The translations under genes were made by a program, and so were the position numbers. Below, piece by piece: positions 32,401 through 42,385 of a DNA stretch of 64,000 bases (its first letter is position 1; every line of letters begins with the position of its first letter). Source of the stretch: a virus. The stretch is taken from the IMG/VR virus record IMGVR_UViG_3300032246_001270, one strand, 5' to 3'. The notes below the pieces were generated by a model. That model was not told the DNA's origin. It ran no database searches and saw only the letters and a list, made by a program, of their open reading frames with translations.

Positions 32401-34710
32401 TAATACACCACCATTATAGTTTTCATATTTTGGAGTAAATGTAGTTGCTACTAAACCATCTAATCTTGTTTTATAATTTTCTAATAATTGTATTTTATAA
32501 AAGAAATTATTAACTCTTTCTTCAGCTGAACCAAAGTGTGAAAAATTTTCAAATGTATATACTGAGCCACTTACATATTGTATATTTAATTTTGTGGTAT
32601 CTATTCCATTTGTTGATAAATAATTGGTAACTAAATCATTTGATGTTATTGAACCACTAGCAATTAAATCATCATATACTTGATATGCAATACCGCTACT
32701 TTGGTCTAATGTAAAGTTAGGTCCTTTTAATGGATGGCAATACATTGAATCAATACCATTAATAGTTATTGTTTCAACGATTGGATTTGCTTGTAATTTA
32801 GAAATCCAAACTTGTTGATTTGGTTGTACAGCCGTATCTAATGGTTCGTATAGTTTTAATATTAACGAACCTTCACTACCAACCCAAGTTGTTATTACTT
32901 TATTATCACCATTACCTAAATGTAATAAATGTGTAAGATATTTAGAAGTTTCATCCGCAAATATACTAGTATCGAATTGGTCTATAAATCCATCTGCTAT
33001 TCTACTAACTGCTACATCTCTTGGTATTGTTAATTTACCTTTATTAAATTTAATATCTATTAATTCCTCTTTACCAACCACAACTTCCCTACCACTTTCG
33101 TTATAAGGAACTAATTTTAATGTTAAAGTTATTGTATCTGCATTTTGTGGTGCAGATACTCCACCTATATTTAAAAGACTTTGAAAATTTAAACTAACTA
33201 TACCCGATTTAGTTGCTTTTATAAATTGGTCAGTACCTAATTTATAAATTTTAACATAATCAGTATTTACTGATTCATAACTTATTCCAAAATCTACATT
33301 AGTTCCAACAAAATCCGGACCATTTAATATAGATGGATATGTTATGTTTCTAATATCAGGAACACCAACATAAATGTCATCAATAGCATCTATTGTTAAT
33401 TCAGTTATACTACCATCACCATCTGTATTTGAAGGTACTAATTTAACTTTATAATTTCCTATTCTATTGAATACTCTAGCAGGTATTGTAGCTATAAAAT
33501 TTGAATCAGTAATAGCATCTAAGTTACTAAATGTAAATTTTTCATTATTTATATATAAAGTAATTCTTGATGTATTTTGTGATTTACTTAATCCAATTGG
33601 TACATCTGCTTTTGAATTTATATTGTAAAGTCTTTTTGTTTCTTGGTTAATTAAAGATAAAGCTGGTGTATTTAATACTTTTGAAATAAATGGTTCTGAT
33701 GTTATATCTATTAAATAATTTTTTCCATCTATACTTAACTTTGTAGATACACTTTCTAAATTAGTTTGTGCATTTATTTGATTAGAATCATACCCATCCG
33801 CATTAACTTTTATATTTGTAATTCTAAATTTGGATATAGTTGATGATTGTATATTAATAGTACTACCTAATTGTAATAATATTGTATTATCACCTTTAGT
33901 TAAATTTATACTTTCATTAGTACCATCTACTTTTTTTACATTTAATATAACAGAACTATCTTCTCCATTTAAATTTACTGATAGTTTATTTGTTGTATCA
34001 ACTGGAGGGTCTGGTTTAATTACTTCTTTATTTAATGTAAAATTTAAAGCATCATCAAAAGAAAGAACATCTTTCTGCTCATATCCGTTTGCGTAATGTT
34101 TTATATTAATTTTATAATATGATTTTGTAGAATATACAGGTGAATCTTTTGTAAAAGTAGGATACCCAGTTAACCAACTTTGTCCCAATCCACTAACTCC
34201 AGTATTACCCGACATACCACCAAACAAAGATGACATTGGATTGAAATTTCCTAAATAGTTTTGTAAATCAATCTCAAATTCTTCATTTTTGGTTAAAGAT
34301 ATTATATATGTATCATTTGTTGTATATCCAATTTTTTGTAAAGATATTTTTTTATCACCATTTAATAAAAGTTCACCTATTGTTACATCAAGTGTAGTTG
34401 GTGTTGATTTTTGTGTATTTTCATCATTAACATAAACATATGCACTTGGTATATCTGATTTTATTACTATTGTATGTTTTTGATTTGATAGTGCTGTATT
34501 TGGTTGGTTTGTTAATACTACACTACTCCCACCACCTATCGTAATAGCACCAGTACCACCATTTTGCCCTTGGTATCCACCACCTGCAATTGGATAATTA
34601 TGAATATCATTTTGGATATCATTAATAAAACCACCAATTCCATTATTTAATTGGATGGATTCGTTTATTCCAAAATTATTATCAAACATTATATCATCTA
34701 GTGCTTTCAT
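29446..34710 (-). CDS. Large baseplate wedge protein (P2 gpI-like domain + LamG-like domain)
   Basis: WRRILNNLPYLLKHKGTARSMKAIMACYG (gpI-like); GTLDEVRLWSVPL (LamG-like); lies in the baseplate block. Confidence 0.7.
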   Translation of the reverse strand: MKALDDIMFDNNFGINESIQLNNGIGGFINDIQNDIHNYPIAGGGYQGQNGGTGAITIGGGSSVVLTNQPNTALSNQKHTIVIKSDIPSAYVYVNDENTQKSTPTTLDVTIGELLLNGDKKISLQKIGYTTNDTYIISLTKNEEFEIDLQNYLGNFNPMSSLFGGMSGNTGVSGLGQSWLTGYPTFTKDSPVYSTKSYYKINIKHYANGYEQKDVLSFDDALNFTLNKEVIKPDPPVDTTNKLSVNLNGEDSSVILNVKKVDGTNESINLTKGDNTILLQLGSTINIQSSTISKFRITNIKVNADGYDSNQINAQTNLESVSTKLSIDGKNYLIDITSEPFISKVLNTPALSLINQETKRLYNINSKADVPIGLSKSQNTSRITLYINNEKFTFSNLDAITDSNFIATIPARVFNRIGNYKVKLVPSNTDGDGSITELTIDAIDDIYVGVPDIRNITYPSILNGPDFVGTNVDFGISYESVNTDYVKIYKLGTDQFIKATKSGIVSLNFQSLLNIGGVSAPQNADTITLTLKLVPYNESGREVVVGKEELIDIKFNKGKLTIPRDVAVSRIADGFIDQFDTSIFADETSKYLTHLLHLGNGDNKVITTWVGSEGSLILKLYEPLDTAVQPNQQVWISKLQANPIVETITINGIDSMYCHPLKGPNFTLDQSSGIAYQVYDDLIASGSITSNDLVTNYLSTNGIDTTKLNIQYVSGSVYTFENFSHFGSAEERVNNFFYKIQLLENYKTRLDGLVATTFTPKYENYNGGVLTEDGYQVQTEDGLFDIDWEIIQYKGTPQLNEIKKLSDTINGLVKSLDGFENFLYKSTNDLAYPKELYINPISGLATYTLKISTNNDVVAWYNSLIDLAAEYDKYNPDYLVNNIPEFIKEDYNNNDFLVFLDMIGQHFDIVWAYIANLSKTKVLEHKQVKGFSNNLVHTLLESFGWDAKRAFNSELLWEYAFGTYKDGTQKYSMPLADANNEVWRRILNNLPYLLKHKGTARSMKAIMACYGVPQSMLTIMEFGGPQDPTTDAVSQFTFDDRTAAIYLNGSLNANGSSNIKVPWKYNTGSASYPDCVEFRILPSTLPNTSYSLISGSEWSLDLIQTTGSFGKLELNFGGDASTNTYFDENVSIPATYYISYINNEPYAYGPDLKTGSLDFPISNEYYSQVAINRHNNPDSSSWFEVWLNTTDGHRIITSVSMSLQTTDTQWETGSFLQIGGNGYEGTLDEVRLWSVPLQRSKFENHTLFPDATNGNDYDSSTKDLLFRLDFEYPKDRTKTENYGIKNVSVSDNYGEDYGYANNMYSASHYPYQYIPYDRTVTAHVPSLGLTYSNKIRFEEQTLISDLSYKQRATKKSFDRAPIDTNRLGLFFSPIKELNMDILKTFGQFNIDDYIGDFGDEYKEHYSELDTLRHYYFERMNGRDIYEYIRLIKYIDKSLFEVLADLAPARANVSKGLLIEPHYLERSKTRWDRPIAEHEDYNTLIDYNEHFVLELDSISEDAYIDAQEVTTLTSNISNEEGLIDAQEIYYLNGTNSNYDTQINANDNTKLEGNLPMYETFLQATNTGSNIVIEVDAFSFQAIGMEKDSLANAGYGLYAKNGTAVVRELETLFGNYQQTGSRKSVFLVKEQYVQKISTQIDGYPVNGALSGSQVRYTNIPVTKYKYKVSSQSWSGSVAIGNNIVSVESVNGYLPTHYRYVNNLSEGMTRSFWKGSLQSAATTPDGLDPVETFTTNPNILRVAKTGRGSGEPILEVD

Positions 34711-34730
34711 TACTTTATAAGTATTTTATA

Positions 34731-36047
34731 TTATTCAAATCTCATTTCATCTCTATTCTTTGGCATACCAATATTTAAATAACCAAAATCGTTACCGCCA
34801 CCAAAATCGTTACCGCCATTCATTGAACCACCACCGCCTCCACCTCTACTACCATTTTCACCACCAGCAGCTCCACTAAATCCACCACCAATTACGGGGT
34901 CATTTGGTTTAACATAATCAGGCTCACCATCTGGAGTAGTTATTATAACTTTTATTGGTGGTATTTGTTTTTCAACAGGTGTTCCTATTACAGGAGTAGG
35001 TTCAGGTAATTCTGGTGATACTTTTTTATGAAATTCTAATTCAGCATTTGTTTGATTTGCTTTTTGTATTTGTTGTACATTTAATACAGGAGATGAAGTA
35101 TCAACAATTGTATTAACTTCTAATCTTTGTAAAATTTGTCCAACTTCATCAATACTACTATCAACACCAGTATCAAACGTTGCAATTTTTTTAATATCTT
35201 GATTAGGTAAAGCTGAATTAACTGCTGTAACTAAAAGTCTTTTACAAATATCTCTTATATCATTCTTTGATAGTGATATAGGAGTTTTTGTTTTTAAAGA
35301 TTTTCCATAATTTGGACTACTTATATCTGATACTCTATGAGAAAATTCATAAATACAAGATTGAACAAATTTATCATGTACTTTTGTAATAAATGTTCTA
35401 AAATCTTTTATTTTAAATTCATCAGCCATTTTATTATACCAACCTTCACCATATTTAGTTTTAATAAAACTATCTATTGCTACTGGAGTTATTTTTTCTA
35501 TAAAATTAAATGCTAAATTTATAGTATCATCTCTAAATTCACCATTGTTTATAAACAAACTATATCTTTGCTCTAAATCAATATTTGGTTTATTATTATT
35601 TCTTATTGGAAATAATCTAATTTCAGTTCTAGATGGAGATATTTCTGATATCCATAATTTATTAGTATCATCATCAGTACCAACTCTTTTATTTAATAAA
35701 GTAATTTGTGTTTTAAAAATGCCATTATTATACCCAGCTTCTCTCAATAATCTTTCAACATCTATAAAATATTCAGATGGTAATTGATATTTTGAAAATA
35801 TTGTACCTTCAGCTGACATAAAATAATCTTTTATGTTTTCATCTGATAGTGGTATATATCTAATAAGTTTTCCATCTTTTTGGGGTAACTGATTATCATT
35901 AATATCATATACAATAAACTCAATAGCATCTTGTTCGCCAAATCCAAAAAATGATTGCAAATTTCCTTGTTCAAAAATTGCTCTATCTTTTGAATTAATA
36001 CGATACCCTTTATTATCTAATATTTCTTTAAATGTTTTTATTGCCAT
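34731..36047 (-). CDS. Putative baseplate-associated structural protein
   Basis: ISEISPSRTEIRL motif, Gly-rich C-terminus, position in the baseplate operon. Confidence 0.55.
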   Translation of the reverse strand: MAIKTFKEILDNKGYRINSKDRAIFEQGNLQSFFGFGEQDAIEFIVYDINDNQLPQKDGKLIRYIPLSDENIKDYFMSAEGTIFSKYQLPSEYFIDVERLLREAGYNNGIFKTQITLLNKRVGTDDDTNKLWISEISPSRTEIRLFPIRNNNKPNIDLEQRYSLFINNGEFRDDTINLAFNFIEKITPVAIDSFIKTKYGEGWYNKMADEFKIKDFRTFITKVHDKFVQSCIYEFSHRVSDISSPNYGKSLKTKTPISLSKNDIRDICKRLLVTAVNSALPNQDIKKIATFDTGVDSSIDEVGQILQRLEVNTIVDTSSPVLNVQQIQKANQTNAELEFHKKVSPELPEPTPVIGTPVEKQIPPIKVIITTPDGEPDYVKPNDPVIGGGFSGAAGGENGSRGGGGGGSMNGGNDFGGGNDFGYLNIGMPKNRDEMRFE

Positions 36048-36049
36048 TT

Positions 36050-37138
36050 TTAATTATGATTGAATAACTTAAATGTAAAATCTTTATTTTCAGTTTTTGT
36101 ACCATCAGATACAATTATACTAAAACTAAATACATATTCTGTTGCTTTTGAATGAGAAAATAATCCACCACCATGCTGACCTGCAAGAGTTTTTAGATAC
36201 GCTGATGGTGTATCCATTTTAAATCGTTTAGTTTCATTTGCTTTTAAAGTTACAGGCAAACTAAATCCAAAGTCCCATATTGATTGATTAACAGCTCCAG
36301 TAAATTTAACATCAACTGTTATTTGTTTATTTCCTGTTAATTCAGCTGATGCAATTACATCAAACCAATTTCTAAATGTTTTTGTAAAAGGGTCACCACT
36401 TGCTGCAAATTTCCCAGCTGATGCAGTTGAGCCATAACCACCACCATAATCAGCTGCCATCATTTGTGGAGTAGTTTCTTTTGAAGGGTCACCTTTGTCA
36501 AATAATATACTTGATAATTGACCTGTTGCAACCGCCCCAGCTGCTAAAGCTTGTTCTTTTGCAGATGCTGCTATACGAAGTGCATCTATTTCTTGTTGTA
36601 AAGATTGATTTCTAGCGTATAATGAAACTCTTTGAACTGCTTCTGCAGTTCCTTTTTGTATTGAGTTTTGTAATTCAGAAATACTACTAACAATTTTTGT
36701 TGTAAGTTGTATTGATTGATTTTCAGCAGATGCTACATTTAAATCTTTTAAATCCAATTGTACTTTTAAACTTTCTGATACAATTTCTACATCTTGAACT
36801 TTTGCTCTTAAATCAGTTACTTCTTTAGTTAATGTTGCAACTTGTGCTGTTAAATCTATAACAGATTTTGTTACTTCATTATATATTGGTCTTGGAATAC
36901 TATCATCTATCGGAGGTGGTGCTATTGGAATTAATTCAAATATTTTTGTATCTATTGATTTAAGTAATTCAGTTTCATTATATTTTGGCTTTATTAATTT
37001 ACCAGATATAATACCATCATCATCTTTTGTTTGCTCAAATACATTAACTCCTGCCGAATTTTTACTTGGAAGTACCAATGACCCGCTAATTAACAGGCTA
37101 TTTATTAATGCTTCATTTTGTAAACCGGTCTTTATCAT
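36050..37138 (-). CDS. Putative structural protein with central coiled coil
   Basis: Heptad-rich middle and beta-rich C-terminus; in the baseplate operon. Confidence 0.5.
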   Translation of the reverse strand: MIKTGLQNEALINSLLISGSLVLPSKNSAGVNVFEQTKDDDGIISGKLIKPKYNETELLKSIDTKIFELIPIAPPPIDDSIPRPIYNEVTKSVIDLTAQVATLTKEVTDLRAKVQDVEIVSESLKVQLDLKDLNVASAENQSIQLTTKIVSSISELQNSIQKGTAEAVQRVSLYARNQSLQQEIDALRIAASAKEQALAAGAVATGQLSSILFDKGDPSKETTPQMMAADYGGGYGSTASAGKFAASGDPFTKTFRNWFDVIASAELTGNKQITVDVKFTGAVNQSIWDFGFSLPVTLKANETKRFKMDTPSAYLKTLAGQHGGGLFSHSKATEYVFSFSIIVSDGTKTENKDFTFKLFNHN

Positions 37139-37139
37139 C

Positions 37140-38213
37140 TTATTTATTTACTATACTAAATGTCATTTCTTCATCAAAATATTGAATATCTTCATCACCC
37201 ATATCAACTTTAAATTCTATTTTATAAACTCTTCCAGCTTCCCAATTTGAAAAATTTAGTTTTATATAATTTCCATCGGAATCACAACTAATTTTAGAGT
37301 ATTCGCTAAATGGAATTATAATATCATCCGAAGCAAAATCTTTTATTTGATAATATGAGTTTTTAGGTAAATATTTTTGAGATGTATATGCAAATGTATT
37401 TGTAAATGTTTTTAAAGGATATAATTCTCTTCCAAAAATTCTTAATTTTGCAATACTTCCTAATTTATATTCTTTTTTAGGATTATTTACACCAACTTTA
37501 ATATCAGTTGCAGTTAATGGAGATAAAGATGCAGTTGCAAATGTTTGGTCATCCCAACCTATTCTAATTTTTGGTTGATATATAGTATTTGTTTCTTTAC
37601 TAAAAACTTTTATAATACCATAGTCTTGAGTATCTACTTCATTATCAATTGAATGTCTTAATATAATACCATCATTAGGAATTGAACCACTCATCCAAGC
37701 TATTAATAATGATTTAACATTCATATTAATATCGGCGGTTTGATAATCAAATGATTGATTTGCTTCATAATTAGTCCACCAAGTCCCACCAACTCCATTA
37801 TTTATACTAGCTGTTGTATATGAATTAAAATTATTTTGTAACCATTCTTGCTTGCTATCACCCTCTCTATAATTCCAAGTTACTCCAGCAGTTGATACAT
37901 TATCAAATCGAGTACCAATACCCATTTCCCAACTTCCTGAAATTGGATTTGCGTATATTGTATATTTTAAAGGAAGCTCTTCACTTTTAGTTTCTCTTAA
38001 AACTAAAGTTGCATCATCCATAGATATTGATGTATTTACTAAAGATGCTGAAAGGTATCCAATATCAAATTTAAGTAAAGCATGAGATACATCTTTTACA
38101 TTACCATAATATATTTTGCTTATTTCTAATATCTCATCTAAACCAGTATTTTGATTTGGTTGTTGAAGATATACCGTTGCATCTTTTGATGCTGTTAAAA
38201 AATAGTATGCCAT
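37140..38213 (-). CDS. Putative virion protein with DNRLRE/CBM96-like domain
   Basis: ASKDATVY...PNQNTG, LLKFD, W.SGSIPNDGIIL and FSKE...PK. Confidence 0.55.
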   Translation of the reverse strand: MAYYFLTASKDATVYLQQPNQNTGLDEILEISKIYYGNVKDVSHALLKFDIGYLSASLVNTSISMDDATLVLRETKSEELPLKYTIYANPISGSWEMGIGTRFDNVSTAGVTWNYREGDSKQEWLQNNFNSYTTASINNGVGGTWWTNYEANQSFDYQTADINMNVKSLLIAWMSGSIPNDGIILRHSIDNEVDTQDYGIIKVFSKETNTIYQPKIRIGWDDQTFATASLSPLTATDIKVGVNNPKKEYKLGSIAKLRIFGRELYPLKTFTNTFAYTSQKYLPKNSYYQIKDFASDDIIIPFSEYSKISCDSDGNYIKLNFSNWEAGRVYKIEFKVDMGDEDIQYFDEEMTFSIVNK

Positions 38214-40243
38214 TATTTTACTCTACCTTTTATATCTTGATTTGGAAACTTAATTTCAAAAACAGATGGGTCTAACGAAGGATAAACAATTTTATCTTTT
38301 GTTGCTGCATCTATATTATATGAATTTGTTGAATATGGTAATCCACATTTATTTATTACTTTTAACATAGGTACGGAAGATACTCCTTCTGTATTAGCTA
38401 AAAGTAATTCAATTTCATTCAAATTTATTGTTTGGTTAAAATTCCAATTATCTATATTGAAATAATCTTTTAATTCATTTATACATTTTGTCAATACTTC
38501 CGATTTATTATAATTTGGATAAACAACAATTTCAAAATCTAATCCTATATTTATTACAAATCCATCATTTATATTAACACCATCTGTTAATATTCTATAT
38601 TCATTTAAATATGTCTTAAGATTTTCTTTTACTGCTCTATTAAGATTTGTTAAATTACTATTATCATCATATCCTAACAAATATAAATTAATTGCAAATG
38701 GATTATTTTTTTCGTTTTCATTTGAAGTTTTTCCTATAAGAAATTGAGTAATATTTTGTTTTATTTGACCTTCGGTTGGTGTAGTTGATTGTTTAGTAAA
38801 GTTCATAACCAAATCAGTAAATTCTTGCAAATGATTTGGAGATGCTAATATAGATGATGGTGAATTATTATCTAATGTACCATCTGCTACTGCAAATGCT
38901 TTTGATATAGAACCAAATTTTGTTGGCATTGATAAAACTCGTATCTGATAATCTTTTGCTGTTACTGCTCTGTTTTGAGAACCAAAATTTGCTAAAGCAT
39001 TTTGTCTTATTTCTTCAATAGATTCACCACCCCTACCACCAACAGCAGGTACTTCATTATCAACTGCTAATGAATTTTTTGCAACATTATATATAGATAA
39101 CTCAGTTGTATTTAATAATCCAGACATATCTTCATAAGATATACCATCTATTTTGGTAAGTTCTCCACTTGCAACATTTGATTTAACACCACCACCAGTG
39201 TAATACTTAACAGTTATAGTTGTATTTGATGGAGATGTACCATACGTTTTTGTTTTTAAAAAATTAGTTGGGTCAAATGATTCTTCTAATCTACTAATAG
39301 AATTTGGTAATCCTAATCCAACATTTTTAAGATTTGGAATTAATGTTTCATCAGATGCCGTTGGGTCACCTGCTCCAAATTGTAAAGTTGTTGTACTATC
39401 TGAATTTATTTTTACTGTAAATCTCTTAGGAGTTTTTATTGTTTTTAAAATATATGGAACAGTATCTTTATGTTGTGCTAAATCCGGGTCATTTTTTTCA
39501 TTATTTGGTTGCTGAATAAAAATCATCTCCTGTGCTAAATAAGGAACTTCATACCATTTATTATTATTTGAATCTCTAACATCATATATTTCAATAACAT
39601 CAGTATCATCCAAATCTATTGTTTGAAAGGATTGATAATCTGAAAATGGTATATTTTTTGTTTTTACATTAGCTGATATAGCTTGAACATATTTTTTAAT
39701 TAAATAAAATGTAGGTTCTCCAGTATTTATATCTCTTTCATATATTGTTACTTCTCTACCATCAGGATTTGAAAAATCAACTACATCTGTTGTTAAAAAT
39801 TGAACATTAGTTTTAGTAGATGAAACTACCATACCTTCCTTTATTCTTAAATAATATTTACTATCTGGCTTATTTGAACTACCATTTCCAATTGAAGGTA
39901 ATAATTGATATACAGATAGAGTTGTTAATGCCGGTGATGTTACTTTTGGTTTATATCCTAAAAATTGAGCCAAAGCAATTACACTTTGTATATCTTCTGC
40001 ATATGGTAAAATTGATTCTTTTAAAGTATCATCAGTATAGTATGCTAATACATCACCAATATAAGATGCCATTTCAATAAACATCATACCGGGTGATGTT
40101 TCATTAAAATCAGAATAGGATTTTGGATAATATGTTTTTGCAAATTCTATAAGATTAGCTCTAAAGCTAGAAAAATCTTTATTAAGATATTTTATATCCT
40201 TTCCTTTATTTTGAAAATTTTTATTTATTGTGTTTATTGCCAT
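38213..40243 (-). CDS. Baseplate wedge subunit, T4 gp6/baseplate J-like
   Basis: KDFSSFRANLIEFAK, LAQFLGYKPK, QFGAG and GGRGGESIEEIRQNA...QNRAVTAKDY. Confidence 0.88.
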   Translation of the reverse strand: MAINTINKNFQNKGKDIKYLNKDFSSFRANLIEFAKTYYPKSYSDFNETSPGMMFIEMASYIGDVLAYYTDDTLKESILPYAEDIQSVIALAQFLGYKPKVTSPALTTLSVYQLLPSIGNGSSNKPDSKYYLRIKEGMVVSSTKTNVQFLTTDVVDFSNPDGREVTIYERDINTGEPTFYLIKKYVQAISANVKTKNIPFSDYQSFQTIDLDDTDVIEIYDVRDSNNNKWYEVPYLAQEMIFIQQPNNEKNDPDLAQHKDTVPYILKTIKTPKRFTVKINSDSTTTLQFGAGDPTASDETLIPNLKNVGLGLPNSISRLEESFDPTNFLKTKTYGTSPSNTTITVKYYTGGGVKSNVASGELTKIDGISYEDMSGLLNTTELSIYNVAKNSLAVDNEVPAVGGRGGESIEEIRQNALANFGSQNRAVTAKDYQIRVLSMPTKFGSISKAFAVADGTLDNNSPSSILASPNHLQEFTDLVMNFTKQSTTPTEGQIKQNITQFLIGKTSNENEKNNPFAINLYLLGYDDNSNLTNLNRAVKENLKTYLNEYRILTDGVNINDGFVINIGLDFEIVVYPNYNKSEVLTKCINELKDYFNIDNWNFNQTINLNEIELLLANTEGVSSVPMLKVINKCGLPYSTNSYNIDAATKDKIVYPSLDPSVFEIKFPNQDIKGRVK

Positions 40244-40252
40244 ATCTTAATC

Positions 40253-40681
40253 TTAAGTTTGTACATTAAATGTTACAGTATCCAAATTTGTAGTTTGCCC
40301 AACTCTAAAAGTTACAGATACACCGACTTGATTAGTATCTTTCATTTCATTTGTTTGTTGTATATCTATATTTTCAACAGTTATATATGGTAACCACATA
40401 GCTAATGAATCTACTATTGTATTTTCTAATTTTTCAGAAAATGTTGAATCATTAATTTCAAATAAAAGTTCTTGCAAACCACTTCCTAATTCTGGTTGCA
40501 TTAATCTTTCATATTTTTTAGTAAGTAATAAATTTTTTATATTAGCTTTTGCTTGGTCTATTGTTTTAAAACTTTGATTAAAAGCAGTATTGCCTATTTG
40601 AATAGGTAATGTTATACCTATTGCATAATCCTCAAATTGCTTACTATCTGTTAAAAACTTTTTACCAAGTACTATTGCCAT
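40253..40681 (-). CDS. Baseplate wedge subunit, gp25/GPW-like
   Basis: NIKNLLLTKKYERLMQPELGSGL..LLFE and WLPYI. Confidence 0.88.
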   Translation of the reverse strand: MAIVLGKKFLTDSKQFEDYAIGITLPIQIGNTAFNQSFKTIDQAKANIKNLLLTKKYERLMQPELGSGLQELLFEINDSTFSEKLENTIVDSLAMWLPYITVENIDIQQTNEMKDTNQVGVSVTFRVGQTTNLDTVTFNVQT

Positions 40682-41181
40682 TATTTTTTATTAAATCTTT
40701 TTACAAGTTCTGAATAATCTCTATTCAAAGCTTTATCGATTGCTTCGTTACCTGTATTAACACCCAATCCTGTTGGTTGAGGTCCTCTAGCTAAATCACC
40801 ATAACCCATTTTTTCAGCTACTGCTGTTCTACCTACAATTGAACCCATATCACCCTGTCCAAAACTCATTGTTCTAAACCCACCATCACCTTGTGGGATA
40901 CCTCCTCTTGTTTCATTTAGGATTTGGTTAATCATTGGGTTTTTACTTAATTGCTTTTGCGGAATAGTTTGTTGTACTGATTCTACAATAGGTTCATCTC
41001 CTAAAATAGCTTTAGCCATTGAAATACCAGTTGATTGCTTTTTAGGGGCTGATTGTTTACCTTCACTTAATAATCTTTTTACTTCCTTTTGAACGGATTC
41101 TTTGATTAACGCAGGTAATTGCTCCTTCAATTCCTCTTTTATAAGGATTTGTATAGCTTTTAATAATTTATCTGTGTTCAT
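40681..41181 (-). CDS. Hypothetical protein with repeated (L/I)xE sites
   Basis: LIKE, LIKE, LLSE, ILNE; late motif at 41199-41206. Confidence 0.55.
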   Translation of the reverse strand: MNTDKLLKAIQILIKEELKEQLPALIKESVQKEVKRLLSEGKQSAPKKQSTGISMAKAILGDEPIVESVQQTIPQKQLSKNPMINQILNETRGGIPQGDGGFRTMSFGQGDMGSIVGRTAVAEKMGYGDLARGPQPTGLGVNTGNEAIDKALNRDYSELVKRFNKK

Positions 41182-41238
41182 AATTGTTTTGTTATGTTTA
41201 TAAATATTTGAATTAAGTATTTTTGAGATTTAATCTAA

Positions 41239-42384
41239 CTATGCTAATGATGATGGTTTAATTCCATAATGTTCACATATCCTTAGTCCTCCCTGTGATA
41301 TAGGTGTATTTTGTACTTGCGTTGCTCTAACCACGCCAGCATTTGATATTCTTCTTTTTGTAAATAATAAAGCTAATTTATTAGCATCTCTCTCACCACC
41401 CTTCCATGCATTTTTCATAATGTTTGCAAATCCTTGAAACCAACCCTCACCATTCCATATACAATATATCATATGAAATAATAATAAATCATTTGATAAA
41501 ATAACTTTTTGTAATTCTGGATACCCTCTATAATATGATGGAAACCATTTATCCCATTGAGGTTTTACCATTGCAGCTGTTAATGTTGCCAATTTAGTAA
41601 ATAAAGGATTTGGTGGTAGGTACTCACTTTTCCATCTATTTCTAGCATCCTCAGAATCTATTAATCTCCAAAACTCCAAACCTTCTGGAGAATTTAATGC
41701 TGCTTTATTATCAAATGTTCTATCTATACCCATCATAGTTTCACCACTCACACCCATACCAGCAAAAGCTTTTGGATTTCTAATTTTCATATCTGGGTGG
41801 TAGTATCCACCTTCACAAACTCTAATAACTTGTGTTGCTATTTTATACCAATTTAAACTACCATCTGCGTTCGCATTATTTTTTAATTTTGCTAATGCAG
41901 CTTTATAAGCTGGGCTTTCTTTGTCTACTGGATTATTACCAGGTACTTTAATACTGCTTGGTGGAATTTCATCTAATATTTCATTAAATGGAACAGTATC
42001 ATCATAAATAACAGCATCACCAACAATGAAATCTTCTGATTTTGCGTCTAGATTTAGTTGTATATCTCCTGCAACGCTTTCATCCATGGTATATGGATTT
42101 GTTTCCCCAATAGGATATCCAATATCATCCATTGCTTTATTTTCTTCTTCTACCTGCTGAAGTAATTCTGGCGTTATTGATGGAACATTTATAATTCCAC
42201 TAAGTTGTGCAGGGGCTACATAGTATCCACTCCAATTTAAAACACCCGGACCAGGAGTCCCTAATGGTGGATATAAAGATGTTGTATTAACTATACCTTG
42301 TATTGTTGACAGATGTGCATTTGCGTAATTAATAAAATCATCAATTAGCAAACCAGTATTATTATTTGGTGGTATTACAGACAT
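41239..42384 (-). CDS. Baseplate-region protein with GH108-like lysozyme domain
   Basis: EGGY.HPD...GETMMGID, the GH108 EGGY...GET..GI pattern. Confidence 0.6.
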   Translation of the reverse strand: MSVIPPNNNTGLLIDDFINYANAHLSTIQGIVNTTSLYPPLGTPGPGVLNWSGYYVAPAQLSGIINVPSITPELLQQVEEENKAMDDIGYPIGETNPYTMDESVAGDIQLNLDAKSEDFIVGDAVIYDDTVPFNEILDEIPPSSIKVPGNNPVDKESPAYKAALAKLKNNANADGSLNWYKIATQVIRVCEGGYYHPDMKIRNPKAFAGMGVSGETMMGIDRTFDNKAALNSPEGLEFWRLIDSEDARNRWKSEYLPPNPLFTKLATLTAAMVKPQWDKWFPSYYRGYPELQKVILSNDLLLFHMIYCIWNGEGWFQGFANIMKNAWKGGERDANKLALLFTKRRISNAGVVRATQVQNTPISQGGLRICEHYGIKPSSLA

Positions 42385-42385
42385 A

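Noticed and set aside
34782-34817. 18-bp tandem duplication
   Set aside because: It encodes GGNDFG twice in a Gly-rich tail; simple slippage with no sign of a regulatory role.
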